In this document: positions 1-21,601 of the stretch, in pieces
Position numbering within the stretch: position 1 is the stretch's first letter
How the letters are laid out: every line of letters starts with the position of its first letter
Assembly (NCBI GenBank): GCA_030141605.1
Contig: JAQGDQ010000044.1
Span: forward strand, 186,001 to 250,000
DNA: 64,000 nucleotides
From: Tubiluchus corallicola
Lineage: Eukaryota > Animalia > Priapulida
Direction of reading: 5' to 3'
Translations under genes and position numbers: made by a program
Notes under the pieces: generated by a model
What the model was told of the DNA's origin: nothing
What the model saw: only the letters and a program-made list of their open reading frames with translations
Database searches by the model: none

Positions 1-2
1 AA

Positions 3-290
3 GAATTACGGACGAAGGGTACCTCACAGTTTAGTAAAATGTTTAGAATGAATGCAGACCTTTTCGAGAAGGTACTCATCACAGTTGAACCAAGAATATC
101 AAGAACTGGATTTCATTTAAAGCCAATTGTACTAGTACCTGTTGCACTAGTACTGACACTCAAGTATTTGGCTGACTAGTGTTCTCACAGAACGCTTTCT
201 TACGAATATCGAGTACATCATACATTTGTACAAATGTGCCAGTTGTGTGTGATGCTATTTACGAAGCTCTATTTACTAAGATTACGTCAA
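3..290 (+). mobile_element. Degenerate PIF/Harbinger transposase fragment (pseudogene)
   Basis: Frame from nt 3 reads ELRTKGTSQFSKMFRMNADLFEKVLITVEPRISR...LTLKYLAD*CSHRTLSYEYRVHHT, then VPVVCDAIYEAL. This matches the N-terminal Harbinger/HARBI1 pattern (F.RM...F..L...V.P.I; TLRYLATG.S...L.Y.FRV; V..VC.AI). In-frame stop present. Confidence 0.8.
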
Positions 291-896
291 AGTCTCAGTT
301 ATTATTTTTAATTTCAAGTTCACTTAATTTTAATTTCAATTTGATCTTTTGACTCATCATATCTATGCAAATCATCATGTTAGGCTCAGAATGCGCCAAA
401 ATGCATGTTGCCTGGCGTCGACCAGCGCACTTCATTAGTGAATTCTAGTCTGCTTGTTTAGCTATGCTTCCTACTCATCTTATCCGAGTTGTTACATATA
501 TAATAAAAGGTTTACCTAAAATCATACTGACTAGTTTTGGGTTGTTGTTCATCGTGTTACATTTATTTCGTATGGAAGCGAATCTAGAACAGACCGCAAT
601 AAGAAACTTATTTCATGACTAAAGAAAAACAAAAAAAGTCATGAACGTTTCAGTGCCAAATGACGATACTGAGATACTGAGTCTGTCTTTCTGTCTTTCT
701 GTCTATCTGTCTTTCGTGATGCATGACAGTATCATACGTTAAATGTCTGTTCAAAACTAGTTTTATTTTACATAGAAGTCAAATCCAAGGCAAAAAGTGA
801 TGTTGAAAGAGGAGACATTGGAATTTCCAAGGACATTTCAAAATAATTTCCAAACAAAGTTACGTTACTTAGCATTACGTTTACCTGTTCGAAAGA

Positions 897-1552
897 CTTA
901 CATGCCTGTCTGGCATAGAGTATTCAAAGTGTTTTGGCACATCATATCCACAAAAAAGTCCAAAAAAATAAACTGCAGAGGCTTCTTTGTTTTAATAGGT
1001 TAATTTTGCGCTGTAGCTCTAACTACTCAATAATTTCATAATCATACTGTCTGGGAGACCAGATCAAATCGTTTGGTGCCTGGGTGGATTTAATTGAATA
1101 TACTCACATTTGCAGAAATATGTTGACAGAAATCAAGTATAATACGTCATTTAAGCTATTCGCCGTAGTTCTGTAGAAGTTCATTAATCAGCACAAGAAA
1201 AAAGCTACTAAAGACGAATAACTTAGTAGGTTTCCGTACAGCTGTTACGTGCCTGTCCATCATAGAGTACACGAAGTGTTTTGGGAATGCAATGACCACA
1301 GAAAACGGGCCGAAAAACAAGAAACTGCCGAGAATTCTTTTTTTAATAGAAGTTCAATTTTGCGCTGTGGCTTCAAATATTCAACAATTTCATAATCAGA
1401 CTGTCAGGGAGAACAGATCAAATCACTTGGTGCCTGCGTGGGTTTTACTGAATATACGACATTTGTAGAGTACGTCATTTAGGCTATTCACCATAGTTAT
1501 TTAGAGGTTCGTTTGGCTGCATACGAAAAAGGCACCAAAGACGGCAAACTTA
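897..1552. repeat. Diverged tandem duplication, two units of about 330-350 bp
   Basis: 897-1224 and 1245-1552 share colinear blocks: tgcctgtc..catagagta..aagtgttttgg; aattttgcgctgt; aatttcataatca.actgtc.gggaga.cagatcaaatc..ttggtgcctg.gtgg; tacgtcattta.gctattc; aaagacg...aactta. Confidence 0.8.
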
Positions 1553-4500
1553 AACTTGGACAGATTTTAAATCTTTCGTTGGTATCTTTTGCTCACTTTT
1601 TGCCGCAATTGGTAATCTGACGAAACGAAAAGTAAAAGTAAGGTTATTTATAAGTAATAAAACACTGCCCAGGGCATGGTAAGTCTAGAGGGCACAACGT
1701 TCGTCTGATAATTCTGGTTTACATTCATGCTGTTGTTTAAATCCGTCCCTGACTTTTTCTCCCATCTTTCGAACAAATTTGGTTTCTAAAATTCTTGATT
1801 GTGGATTAATTTCATCATTTCGTAGCAGACACCAAGCGGTTAACTGAATGAGTACTACAAGAACTAATCAATAATAACGACAGGGATCATGTTGATTCAA
1901 CTGCCTATTAAATGTGCATAGACAACGGATGATCATACAACAATGCAAACATTGACTTTAGACAGTCAGCTTTGACGGTGATCATGCATATGCCTCGCTT
2001 GCAGCTGCTCGGCGTGGTGGCATTAATGCTGACATTAACCTTGACAACAGTAATGAAGACGTTGATAATGATTGACATTTCTGGCAAGTTCCGTAAGATT
2101 CTCTGTAGCCGATTTGTCACTTCATGTTTTTTTTACTAACGTGTTGGTTCAAAGTGGTTACAGAAACAAAAACAAGGACAATTTTTATGGAAATTGGCTC
2201 TTATAGCGATGTTATGGCTATGGAACGTACGTAAATTGAATCAAAGTGATATAATTACTGATTTTTAGTGAACCTGACAGTAATTTGTTTTGAGTAAGCC
2301 AGACAGCCATTCTGTAAGTTGGTAACAATTAGCCAGTTTGTCAGTTAGTCAGTCATCCTAGTCTAAACCATATAGGTGGCCACTCAGTCGGCAACTAGTC
2401 AGTTGTTTAGTTAGTTAAACAGCTAATGAAATTCAGCAAGCTAGCTAACCAGTAGCCAGCTTGTGGCAGATATCTACTATTGTGGCTGATAAAATCATTG
2501 CTAACGTTGCAAGTTCGAAACTTTAGACAGTTTCAAATAGACTGGTGCTTACAGGTTGGATGGATCTCTGCTTTTGTTTATATTAGTTTTTGAGGCAAGG
2601 AGGAAGTAAACCTTGATGTTGATGCGGATGGTTTATCAGGGAAGCCAGTGATGTTGCCCTAAGTTTCACTAGCAAAAGACGAATCCAATTTCAAGGCAAC
2701 AGATTATGTCGTTTTTAAGCGGGTGACCTGCTGCTCTTCGTGAATATTTAAAAATTCTGAATGGCTCGAGAACGTGCGACGCTTGTCTTCTTTTTCTGTT
2801 GCGCTTCTGAAATATTCACGTTAAGCTGACCAACGTTTCATGTTCCAAGTAAAAGCTTTTCTCAGCTTCTTTAGATAACATTAGAACATTGTCTTGTCGT
2901 ACCGTTATCCCGGCGAATAGTGAAATTTCCATCGTAACAAACAGTTTTTTTTGCATATAAGAAGAGTATAGGATCTGTGTGGAACATATTGTTTATAGAC
3001 TTTAATGTGGAGGTATGAAGTTCTGTCATGTGGCTTGAGTTAACAAGCTATTGCACCAGCCTAGTTATGGTGGTAGTAGGTCATATGGTGATCTACCTGC
3101 AAGGTCATATAGTGAATTACTAAATTTAGACCATAACGCCGGGAACTAGATGTTTTCGTGTGTAGGCAGCCCAAGTTTTATGATACATTCTTAGCCACTT
3201 CTATATAAGGTCTTCCTCAAATCTAGGGTTGGAAGTAACTAGGATCACACTCATGTGACTCATAGTAGTACTATGGTATAGTATAGGTAATAGTATAGGT
3301 AAGTATCTAAATAGCGAGATCATCTCATCCTCATCTTCCTTGCAATAAGCTCAGAGCAGGTCAGGATTCCTTTCAAATATGTGAGACGTTTCTAAGCAGG
3401 TGTTGTTCATTGTGGCTTTATGGTAAATACTATATACAGAATAGAATCATCAGCACGTAACATAGCAAGCTTAGGGAATATAGAATTCGGCAGATCTTTG
3501 ACGAACCATAGTAGCAGAAAAGAGACAATTACATAACCTAGAGGAACACCAGCATAGAAAAGAAAACTGCCTTTCAAACAACTTGCAATCTGTAATTGCT
3601 GAGACTGAGATAAATATCATGGTGCAATAGACGGCATACTATCATATGATGATGATGATTAGTCATATACTGACATATTAAGTTTATAAAGTAAAGCTTT
3701 ATGCCAGACCTTAATGAAAGCCCTGGATGCATGAAAGATTATTAACATGGCTGCGCCTAGGCGCTCTAGACCTTTATTCATATGCTGGTGATTATCAATG
3801 CCCAAAAATATTGCACATTAGCAAGAAGATATGCCGATATGCCGATATGCCGAAGAAACATTGTAACTTTTCTTTTACTCATTTAGTATGGCTTCGTAGA
3901 TTTTATCGATCTTTGGTAGTAGCTTAATACGGTGATAATCCATAAAATTCCAAATTATAAAAACTAGCAGCAAAGAAAAAGAGGCAGTTTAAATTTTCTT
4001 TAAAATATCTAGCTGCTTTCCGACTTTGAATTTGTTTCAATTTCTTATATGAGTCTAGCATGTCTTTAAACATTTTTTGAGCCTTTTCCTTGTCTGGACT
4101 ATAACTGTATTAGATTAAGGTCCAGATATTACGCGTGATAATAAATTATTTGGAAGTTGCGCGTGTAATTCTTAGCTATAAATTTCTTAATGGTTTAACT
4201 GGTAAAAAGCCATTCGTTGTCTTACTATCAGTTGTCAAACTGCCACCCATGAAATGAAAATAACAAAAATTATTATTTTAATTAAATAATATATAATTAA
4301 ATAATTACATTTTTACTTATTTGTTTATGTTATATTATGCCAAACCTCAAATTAAGGTTCATAACAATAATCAAAGTTAACATTAAGCGACTATTAGCTT
4401 TACGTACAACTAAAATCACCAGGCCTACAATTGACATGAACAGGGAATTATAAATGCAACTCCCATCATAAATAATGAACTAGAAATTATTTAAGGGACT

Positions 4501-4930
4501 CAAATAATTTAGCGCTTACTCTAGTAATTATTTTGCAAACGAATAAAAGTCTCACCAGGGTTCTTAATAACTGCAATAATTTCTGCGCAAACGAAGCGTT
4601 TTTGACGATTTTACCGGGACTGGAGTCGCTGGAACCCCTACGCTTAGCCCCCGAAAACGTTTTTACGCAGAATTGGTCATTGCCGTCCAGTAATCCTAAG
4701 AACGCATATAGCGCGTGTCGAAAACAAGGTGGATGCGGGAAAAAGAAGAGAAAGAGGGTTGAGGAGGAGTCAGAATTGTAACTGCAGAACGTATATTAAA
4801 TAACAATAAAAACCACCAACATCAGGCAGCCACTGTCATAATAATTGTATAAAAAAATATATTATATATATGGTAATTTTCGGTGAATTATATCTTATCT
4901 AATCTTATCTTATCTTTTTGTTTCTTGCAG

Positions 4931-13429
<8,499 letters not shown>

Positions 13430-13914
13430 AATAAGTACATTTAAGAGCCCTACTAAACTCAAGGTCTCTTAAAAAATTTTCAAACGATCGTAAAATTATG
13501 GACCAGATCGTTTTGAAAACATTAGTCCCTTTCACACTAGTTCGTAAGTGACGTCACAGTGTTAGAAAGAGAGTTTTTATCATTTTTGTATCACTTTAAG
13601 CCTATGCACATTGCGCACATTAAGCCTATGCACATGTATAATTAGGCTTCCAATGACGAAGGTATTCACAGAAGCCAGAGTGATTGTCGAAAAAAGCATT
13701 GAAAGGATACCAGTACAACTCAAATATTGAAAATAGTTGCCACAAAAGCGTGGTTCTAAACACTCTAGACGTTAAACAAAACTGAAATAATTTATAATTA
13801 TTAATATTTTAATATCAAGATTATTGTTATAGCTAGTACAGTAAATTTTGATACCAAACTTAAAAGACAGCAAACGTTGGTTGGTTAGCTATGAGGGATG
13901 AACTTTTCACTACT

Positions 13915-13985
13915 GGGGATACGGTGGCCTAGAAGTTTAAGGCGCGTGCTTTGTAAGCAGAAGGTCCCTGGTTCAAATCAGGCTG
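13915..13985 (+). mobile_element. tRNA-derived SINE head or tRNA pseudogene
   Basis: A-box-like GGTGGCCTAGAAG and B-box GGTTCAAATC at tRNA spacing. The anticodon arm (tgc-tttgtaa-gca) is only partly paired and the acceptor stem is poor, so it is not a functional tRNA. Confidence 0.6.
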
Positions 13986-14719
13986 TATTTAAACTTTTTC
14001 ACATGTCGCGTTTTTCTACCTTTGCCAGTCTTTCGAGAAAATTTAATTCTGTAGATTTGTACCATCACTTGAAATAATCTTATAAAAGCAATTTTTTGAA
14101 ATTCGCATGTTACTTAGATACTACAATGATCTGCAATGAACATCGTACTCAATTAGATTAAATTAAGAATGATAAACATATTAACAATTTATACTGGCCT
14201 TACAGTCTTGGCCTCAAGAATTGTTAGAAATGCTATTTCAGCTTTTTTGCGTATTTTAAGCTCAGCTTAGCTATTCGTGAAAAAAGCCAGAAATTTTTAT
14301 GTCGTTGTGTAGCTGTTCTCATTGGCTGTTACTGAAATGTGTAAATTTGCTTTGTGTAAATTGTTTTGTGTATCAGCGATAAATGTATATACTATTGTTA
14401 TACTAACTAAACTTATTAGTGTTGTATAATAGATTACTTCCAATCTGCATTGGCATTTTTGAACTATTTTTTTGTTTTAAATTAAAAGCTGATTAACTAC
14501 ATTAAGCGTATGTAAAGATATACTTGAAAAAAATTGGAAACTGAATTACGCTGAAAATATTTTGTGTGGTGAACACTAAACGGTAAAGAATTGAGGAGAT
14601 TGGTTATTTAATCACCAATCCATCATCAGCTCCCATTAAACAAAATATCTTTATATAGTACATTGTACGAATTAGTTCCCTTTAATACAGTATTACAAAT
14701 CAAACCATAAATGTAAATT

Positions 14720-14756
<37 letters not shown>

Positions 14757-15005
14757 CTATATTTTAAATGTCTACGTTAGGAACATTCAGACTAAAACAT
14801 GAATTTTTTAAATAGAAACTCAAATTTTTGTTGTACTGTTTCATTTTTCAGTTCTTTGCCGAATAATTGAAAAAGAAAACTGCACAAAATGTGAAATTTT
14901 CGTACGTCATAATTCCTAGCAAAAATGTTTAAATGTCACTATAAAATTTAAGCTAATAGACTTCTATAAGCATTCAACCCGGAATACATACACATATGTA
15001 TATAT

Positions 15006-15638
15006 GTGTATCCTTGTGTTATCAGCACCCTCCTATATGGCAGCGAGACATGGGCCACCTACACAAGACAGGAGACCAGACTCAACTCCTACCACATGAG
15101 GTGCCTGCGTCGTCTTCTTGATATTAGGTGGGAAGACAGAATTACCAACCGCGAAGTCCTCAGCAAGGCCAAGACAACATCAATCTTTGCTATGCTGAGT
15201 CAGAGGCGTCTACGCTGGCTAGGTCATGTCAGACGCATGGACAAGGGTCGTCTTCCAAAGGATATGCTGTACGGCCAACTCGAGGAAGGCACGCGTCCGA
15301 CCGGTCGGCCTCGCCTGAGGTTCTCTGATGTCTGCAAAAGAAACCTCAAAGGCACTCACATAAACGTCAGTTCATGGGAAACCAAGGCAGATGACCGTCC
15401 AGCTTGGAGACAAGCAGTCAGCGAGGGCATTAAGAAGGCTGAGGAGGACAGACATGAGAGACAACGTCAAAAGAGACTGGGAAGTAAAGCATCAATTAGT
15501 TCTCTCAATGACCCCGTTTTCACCTGTGGGGACCGCCATTCCAGGATCGGGCTCTACAGCCACAGCAGACGCTGCTCCAGCTCCACTTCATGGCGCAACC
15601 CATCGTTTTCATAGACGGACAGAGGCCGACGACGACGA
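15006..15638 (+). mobile_element. 5'-truncated RTE-clade (BovB-like) LINE 3' end
   Basis: ORF 15006-15614 has STLLYGSETW, RCLRRLL.I.W.D.ITN.EVL, RRLRWLGHVRRM, RLPK.MLYG.L..G.R..GRPRLR and the C-terminal zinc-finger remnant SRIGLYSHSRRC. Ends in a (GAC)n tail; ATACACATAT occurs on both flanks (14988-14997, 15640-15649). Confidence 0.92.
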
Positions 15639-17779
15639 TATACACATATACATTGACCATTTTTAGTAAACTGAGAACACTTTAAAATTTTCCTGCTCTA
15701 GTCTAGCAATTTTGTTTTCCAGTTCTTTACAGAATAATTAAAAAAAGAAAACTGTGAAATTTGAAAACCAATCTTTCCTTCTAAATCTTAACTACCAGTA
15801 AAATGTTTAACCTTCAGCATAAAAATTTTGGAGTCCTCTTTTCTGACAAATTGTAAACTGAAATTTCGAACAGAATTGAAAGAAAAGAAATTAATAGCCC
15901 CAGAACAGAAAAATATTATATTAAAATGTCCGCTTTTGAAATAGAGTTGAGTGTAAATTATAAAACAGTTTTACGCAGATCAGTCAAAAACTGCTTTCTT
16001 TTTCTGGGATGATTGATTAAGGGGGTAATTAATCCTAATCAGGGAGTTAAGCCCACCATTATTATTATTATTGTCCAACTTAAGCACTATAAATGTAAGT
16101 AACTGGCCGACAACCCAAGCTTACACAAATTGTTGATAAGAATTAATTGCTACAATTCAGAACTACTAGCTCTGCCAACAATTTAAGTCAAACAATGATC
16201 ATTTAAGACACACCACGCAAAAGACAAAAACAAAATTATTTACCGTCGTTCAGTTTAACAGAGAACACAACGGTTGGTTAGCGATTTACATTTACCACAA
16301 TACAGACAGGGACGCAACAAACAATAACGAAAAACATAAGTTCTACCGTTTGCAACCGCTAGTGTCGAACTCAAGACTGCGTGGTTGCAATTCGAAAGTT
16401 CAGGTATGCAGTAGTTAAACCTGCAAAGAAATAGTTAAAAACGCATAAAATAAAGGAGATAGCACCAAACAAGAATTAGTAAAACTACTATATACAATAC
16501 GCACTGTTGTTAAGTGAATGTTCACATAAAACGGATATAAGCTGTTTAGATTTCACTTAACATTCGTTTGTTAACTTACATGCCTGCGTGTACTTGCGTT
16601 TTCGGTCTTTATTAAAATACACAGTGATTATTATTTTTAACTGGTAGTAGCTGGTGTCAGTCACTGTTGACACTACCTTGACTTACTAAATTCAGAACTG
16701 TTTGAATTTGCCTGTAATCCAATGTCAACAGAATTAAAATTCAATTGTGAAGACGGCAAAGGCTTGCATGCTAACAATAAGCGATAAGAATTGTACATGT
16801 ATGCATTATGTACGTGTAACGTGGTGCAAGTGAATTACTACGCTGACATATCATTCAGCACATCTATATGCTTAAACAAACGCAACTTTGGGCTATTATT
16901 AATTTCATGTTCAAGTTTATCTGATGAAAAAGTTAATCTGCGCATAGACCGTACGACATTTTGAAAACAGCACTGCTGTACTGTTGGTAAAACTCCACTT
17001 GGTTACACCATTATGAATGGATATCCAGTTCTTCTTAGAAGTAATGTCACATAGGGACCTACAATCATACTGGTGCTAACGTCCCACCCATTCAAGTCCT
17101 AGCAGAGCGAATGATCTGCAGCAAATTGACTTCCCAATTGCCAATGAGAAAAGATATGTTTCTTTGGCAATTCTGTGTTTTCACATTCCGAACCAGCCCC
17201 TCCCCTCTCCCCTACAAGAGTGGTAGTTCATTTTTTTCGATTTTTTTCTTCTTGATCATAGAATGTTTTCTTGATCAATTTTTTTGGTCAAAAGCCCTTA
17301 ATCAGCCAGACTGAGTACTACAACAGCTAGCCCTGTATTTAGTTATTACTCTTTAAATTTAAGTTATGATAAAAAAACTAACTTTTAAAAAATCTGGCCT
17401 CGTGAGCTATATGCAGAACATAAAGATGTTAAGGGATAGATAAGGTATATAGATATATGTTAAGGTAAGATACATAAAAGCGTGACAAATTTCAATTTCA
17501 GATTGTAAAGTTACTGTAAACACTTGGTATTTGTTAATCGCATCCTTCATGATGTATTTTTGCGCGAATTAATTGTGGAAAGTGTTTTGCAAGTTGTAAA
17601 AGCAGTTTTTGTGTTAATTAAAGAACTCATCATATGATAACACTTTTGGTGAAATAATAAAACAGATTTGCATTTTGGAAGTCTGAAGTCTCTTCCAACA
17701 GTTTGTTTATAGGATCGTGATCAAAATCTGTACATGGCACATGGTACAAATTCATGTGAATTGGTACGTATATATTTGT

Positions 17780-18115
17780 CAGTTTATTACCGTTGCCAAA
17801 ATTAATGGTGAAAATGGCGATAAACACTATGTGGAACATTCATGCATCATTGATTATAAATCCAAATATTTTGTGAGTCTTTTGCTAGTTTATATAATTA
17901 TCAATACAGGTACATTTTTGTATGTTTACCTGTTTATCTTTTTGAATCAAAAGAATCAGACGAATAAGATTAGGATTCTTCGGCATTGACAGAGGTCTGC
18001 TTCCTACTGAGTGCATTCTAGTTTTATTGTAAAAATAAACTGCAGCAAAATAACATACGTGCCATTTTTCCTACTTTTCCATTTGTGCACTTCTTCCTGT
18101 GCCATTTTTACCTGT
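17780..18115 (+). mobile_element. Partial Helentron-type interspersed element (HINE) 3' end plus GTGCCATTTTT subterminal repeats; homologous to 54530-54900
   Basis: Shares aacactatgtggaacattc..catcattg, tacatttttgtatgttt and cagag.tctgcttcctactga..gca.tcta with the 54.5-54.8 kb copy, and continues into the same downstream aaaataacata..tgccattttt sequence. Confidence 0.7.
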
Positions 18116-19519
18116 GTTCAATCGTGTAAGACATGTGTTCAACACGATGCAAACAAATGACATGTGAATAAAAAAGCCTTACGAGATCTTCTGCATGCTG
18201 GTTTTATTTAAATGCCTATTCCGTCACCAATTCACGATAAACCAAATACATGTACCTGCACATATTTAATGATGGTATAAACCCACGTTGATTAAATTTT
18301 GATTTCTTGTATTGATATTGAAAAACACAGGGAATTAGAAAAAAAAGTTGAAAGACCTTCTGCTTAGCACGACAGTTGGCGTACACGACTAGGCCACCAA
18401 ATTCCCATTTGCGGTGAATTTTATCTGCGATGTTTGGAGTCGGCTTGAAATCGTAGTGGAAGCATCGAAATGACAGCGATTCCTTATTTTTATTTGAAAC
18501 CATTATAATCGAGGATTACGAAGGATGACAAAAATCGGAGATGATGCCGACGATTGACAGTCGGAAGATCGGAAGGTTAAACTTTGTTTAGCTTTCACGA
18601 TTTTACGTCATTCTGGCGACAGTGACCAAGACTGTCACGAAAATTGTCACCAAGCGAAAAATTGCTACACGAAAAGTAACCCTTATGGTTGGTTAACTAA
18701 ACTCAACATTTCAAATCCAGACTATGCTCTAACTTCATCACATCTGCTATATTTCAAATCTGATATCAAAATTTAATGAATTATTGGTTCGTACCATCAT
18801 TAATAAGAATAACCTTGACCTTAACATTATAATAATTTACCAACCTACATGTACATACAAATTCGAAAACTAAAAATACGCAATTGATTATAGTATAAAA
18901 GAAATTTAAATCTCTTAGAAAATTTTAACGCTTGTGCAAATATTGAACACACTGAAAGCACTAAAAATTTTATGAAGCTTGTCAAAACTGCTTAATAACT
19001 CTTTGTAAATAGTAAACCTTATTGTAAACTAAGATAGTAAACCAAGATAGTAAACCTTAAAGTAAACCAAGATAGTAAACCTTGTAAAAATAAGCTGAAA
19101 CTTGTTTTGTAGAAAAACAACAATGGATAAACAATAAATAAAATCACAAATAATTTTACGCATTAGAAGCACAAATGATTTCTGCGTGTTCTTTATGTAC
19201 TTATTAATTCTACCACCAATTTATTCTACATATTGACCACTTAAAATACACTAAACAAACGTGACCGAAGATTCCTTTATATCGCCACAATTTTCAATAA
19301 ACAATGCTCTGCCTTAATTAAAAAATTAACAAATGAAATCTCTTAACGTATCATTAAGAATCCACGAATTGAAATAATTGTTTCGTCGCCAGGTCTAGGT
19401 CTCAAAAATGATTGTTGAGCTAACTACAAAAAGAACAAATTCCCATATAATGCAGGAGCAAGCATATTGGAATTAAATGGAAACTTGCTGTTACTGCAAG
19501 TTGCTCCTTTAGGTGGGTC

Positions 19520-19753
19520 TTAGTCGCTGCATTTATCGCAGCCTCCGTTCTCCGCCAATTTTCCTTCTAACCAGCTTGTGTAGAAGGCTACGTCACTGTA
19601 TACTCCTGGACACCTGCGCCCTGCCCCACAGCCGGCACCCCAGGAGACAACCCCACACACGGTTTCTCCATAAATTCCGTCTTTAGTTGTCATTAGTGGC
19701 CCGCCAGAATCACCCTATAAGGAAGCCAAGCAGCAATTATTATTATTATTATT

Positions 19754-19851
<98 letters not shown>

Positions 19852-21507
19852 CATTATTATTATTACTATTATAGTGATTGTCATCGTCATCACATTCATC
19901 GTCATCAGGTTATTTAACAAACATTTGTTTAACGGTTAGTTTAGCGTGAAATTCCTTAGAATTTTACGCTATGTAAAAATTTACAAGAACACGTTTTATA
20001 TTGACAACTACTGTAAACTTCTGGCACATTTTACCGATTCACGCGCACAGGCTAGTTTCATACCAACTGTAACAGTTGAGAGTTGTTATCATTTGCGGAG
20101 ATGCATTATATTTGCAAGTGTGACAATAAAAAAAGAATTGTTCACTTTATTAGTGGAAAAAAAACAATCCACTATTTGTCCTACCACTGGCTGAGTTGTA
20201 TGCTGTTAGGCTACTAACAATCAATATATGATGTCCGAAATAGTAGAAACGCGAATATTTGTATAAAGACTAAGGTGCTGGTAACATGCCTCCTTCGTCT
20301 TCACGTTTTTTCCTAGGCCAAACCCGAAAATCAGTCTTTACCAGGGCTAGATTATATATAGGGTAGAATAGGCTGCAGCCTAGGGCCCTTGAAACTTGGG
20401 GGCACTCAAGGTTTGGCAATATTTTGAAAAAAAATCTGTTTCTTGCACTATGCCTGTGTTGAAATTTTGGTTTGCAGCAATTTGTAAAATAATGGCATTT
20501 CTTAAAGAATATTTTATTGGTAAACAAGCAATAGCTATGGTATTTTATTTAAAGAATTTGCAATAAGCTTACTTCAAGCTATGTAAATGCCGCTGAACTG
20601 TGTTACAAGTAAAAAATATTCAAGACGCTGTGGGCAACTCAGAGGATGGCTCCATCTGAGAGGACCAAAATTTCATTAGCCTAGGGGCCTAGTGGCCCCA
20701 AAATGTCATATTCTGGTCTTGACAAAGTTTGCAAGTATATAATTTAACAAGCAGGTCTACCCGTACGTAATGTAGGGCAACTATTGATGTAACAAGTCTT
20801 ATAAGCAGACTCCGGATAGCAAAATTTATTTATAATAAAAAAATAATAATCACAGTTAGCATACTAGAATCAAGGATCCACTAGCACGACTTACTTAATA
20901 AATATCATTGTAGTGGGACTAGAGTCTAGCTACTTTTCAAGGACAATCTTTTAAAATGACAATGGTAGTATGACAGGTGAAACAGTTCAGCATCAGTTTA
21001 TCTGACTGTAACCCATACATTCACTAACCAGGTTTAGCGTTAAAACATTCGTTGTGAACTATACGTCCGTCATTCAACTATTTCTGACCTTTAAAACTTA
21101 TTTTGCTTACATAACACGCGCTTTCCCCAGGATCAGCAGCGCATATCATTCCGTCGAATATAAAACACTTTCCATAGCTATAGTAGCATTTGGTTTCTGG
21201 ATACATCCTTATTTTAACATATCTCAGTTCATTTGTCATCCTGAAACAATTTAGCAAACATTATAGAATTAAAATGTTGTCGTACATTCTTTACATGACA
21301 TACACATTACGGGACATTATACTTACAACAACTAGCTTACATTATTATATACAACAATTAACTTACATGCTTGTTTACTTACCTACTTACTAGCTTGCTT
21401 ACTTACTTACTTGCTTGCTTGCTGGCTTACCTACCTACCTACCTACCTACCTACCTACCTACCTACCTACCTACCTACCTACCTACCTACCTACTTACCT
21501 ACTTACC

Positions 21508-21601
<94 letters not shown>

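Noticed and set aside
13915-13985. Possible tRNA-Thr(TGT) gene
   Set aside because: Acceptor and anticodon stems do not pair fully; treated as a SINE head or pseudogene.
19687-19920. Poly-Cys and poly-Thr ORFs suggestive of a metallothionein or mucin
   Set aside because: (TGT)n microsatellite in the last protease intron.
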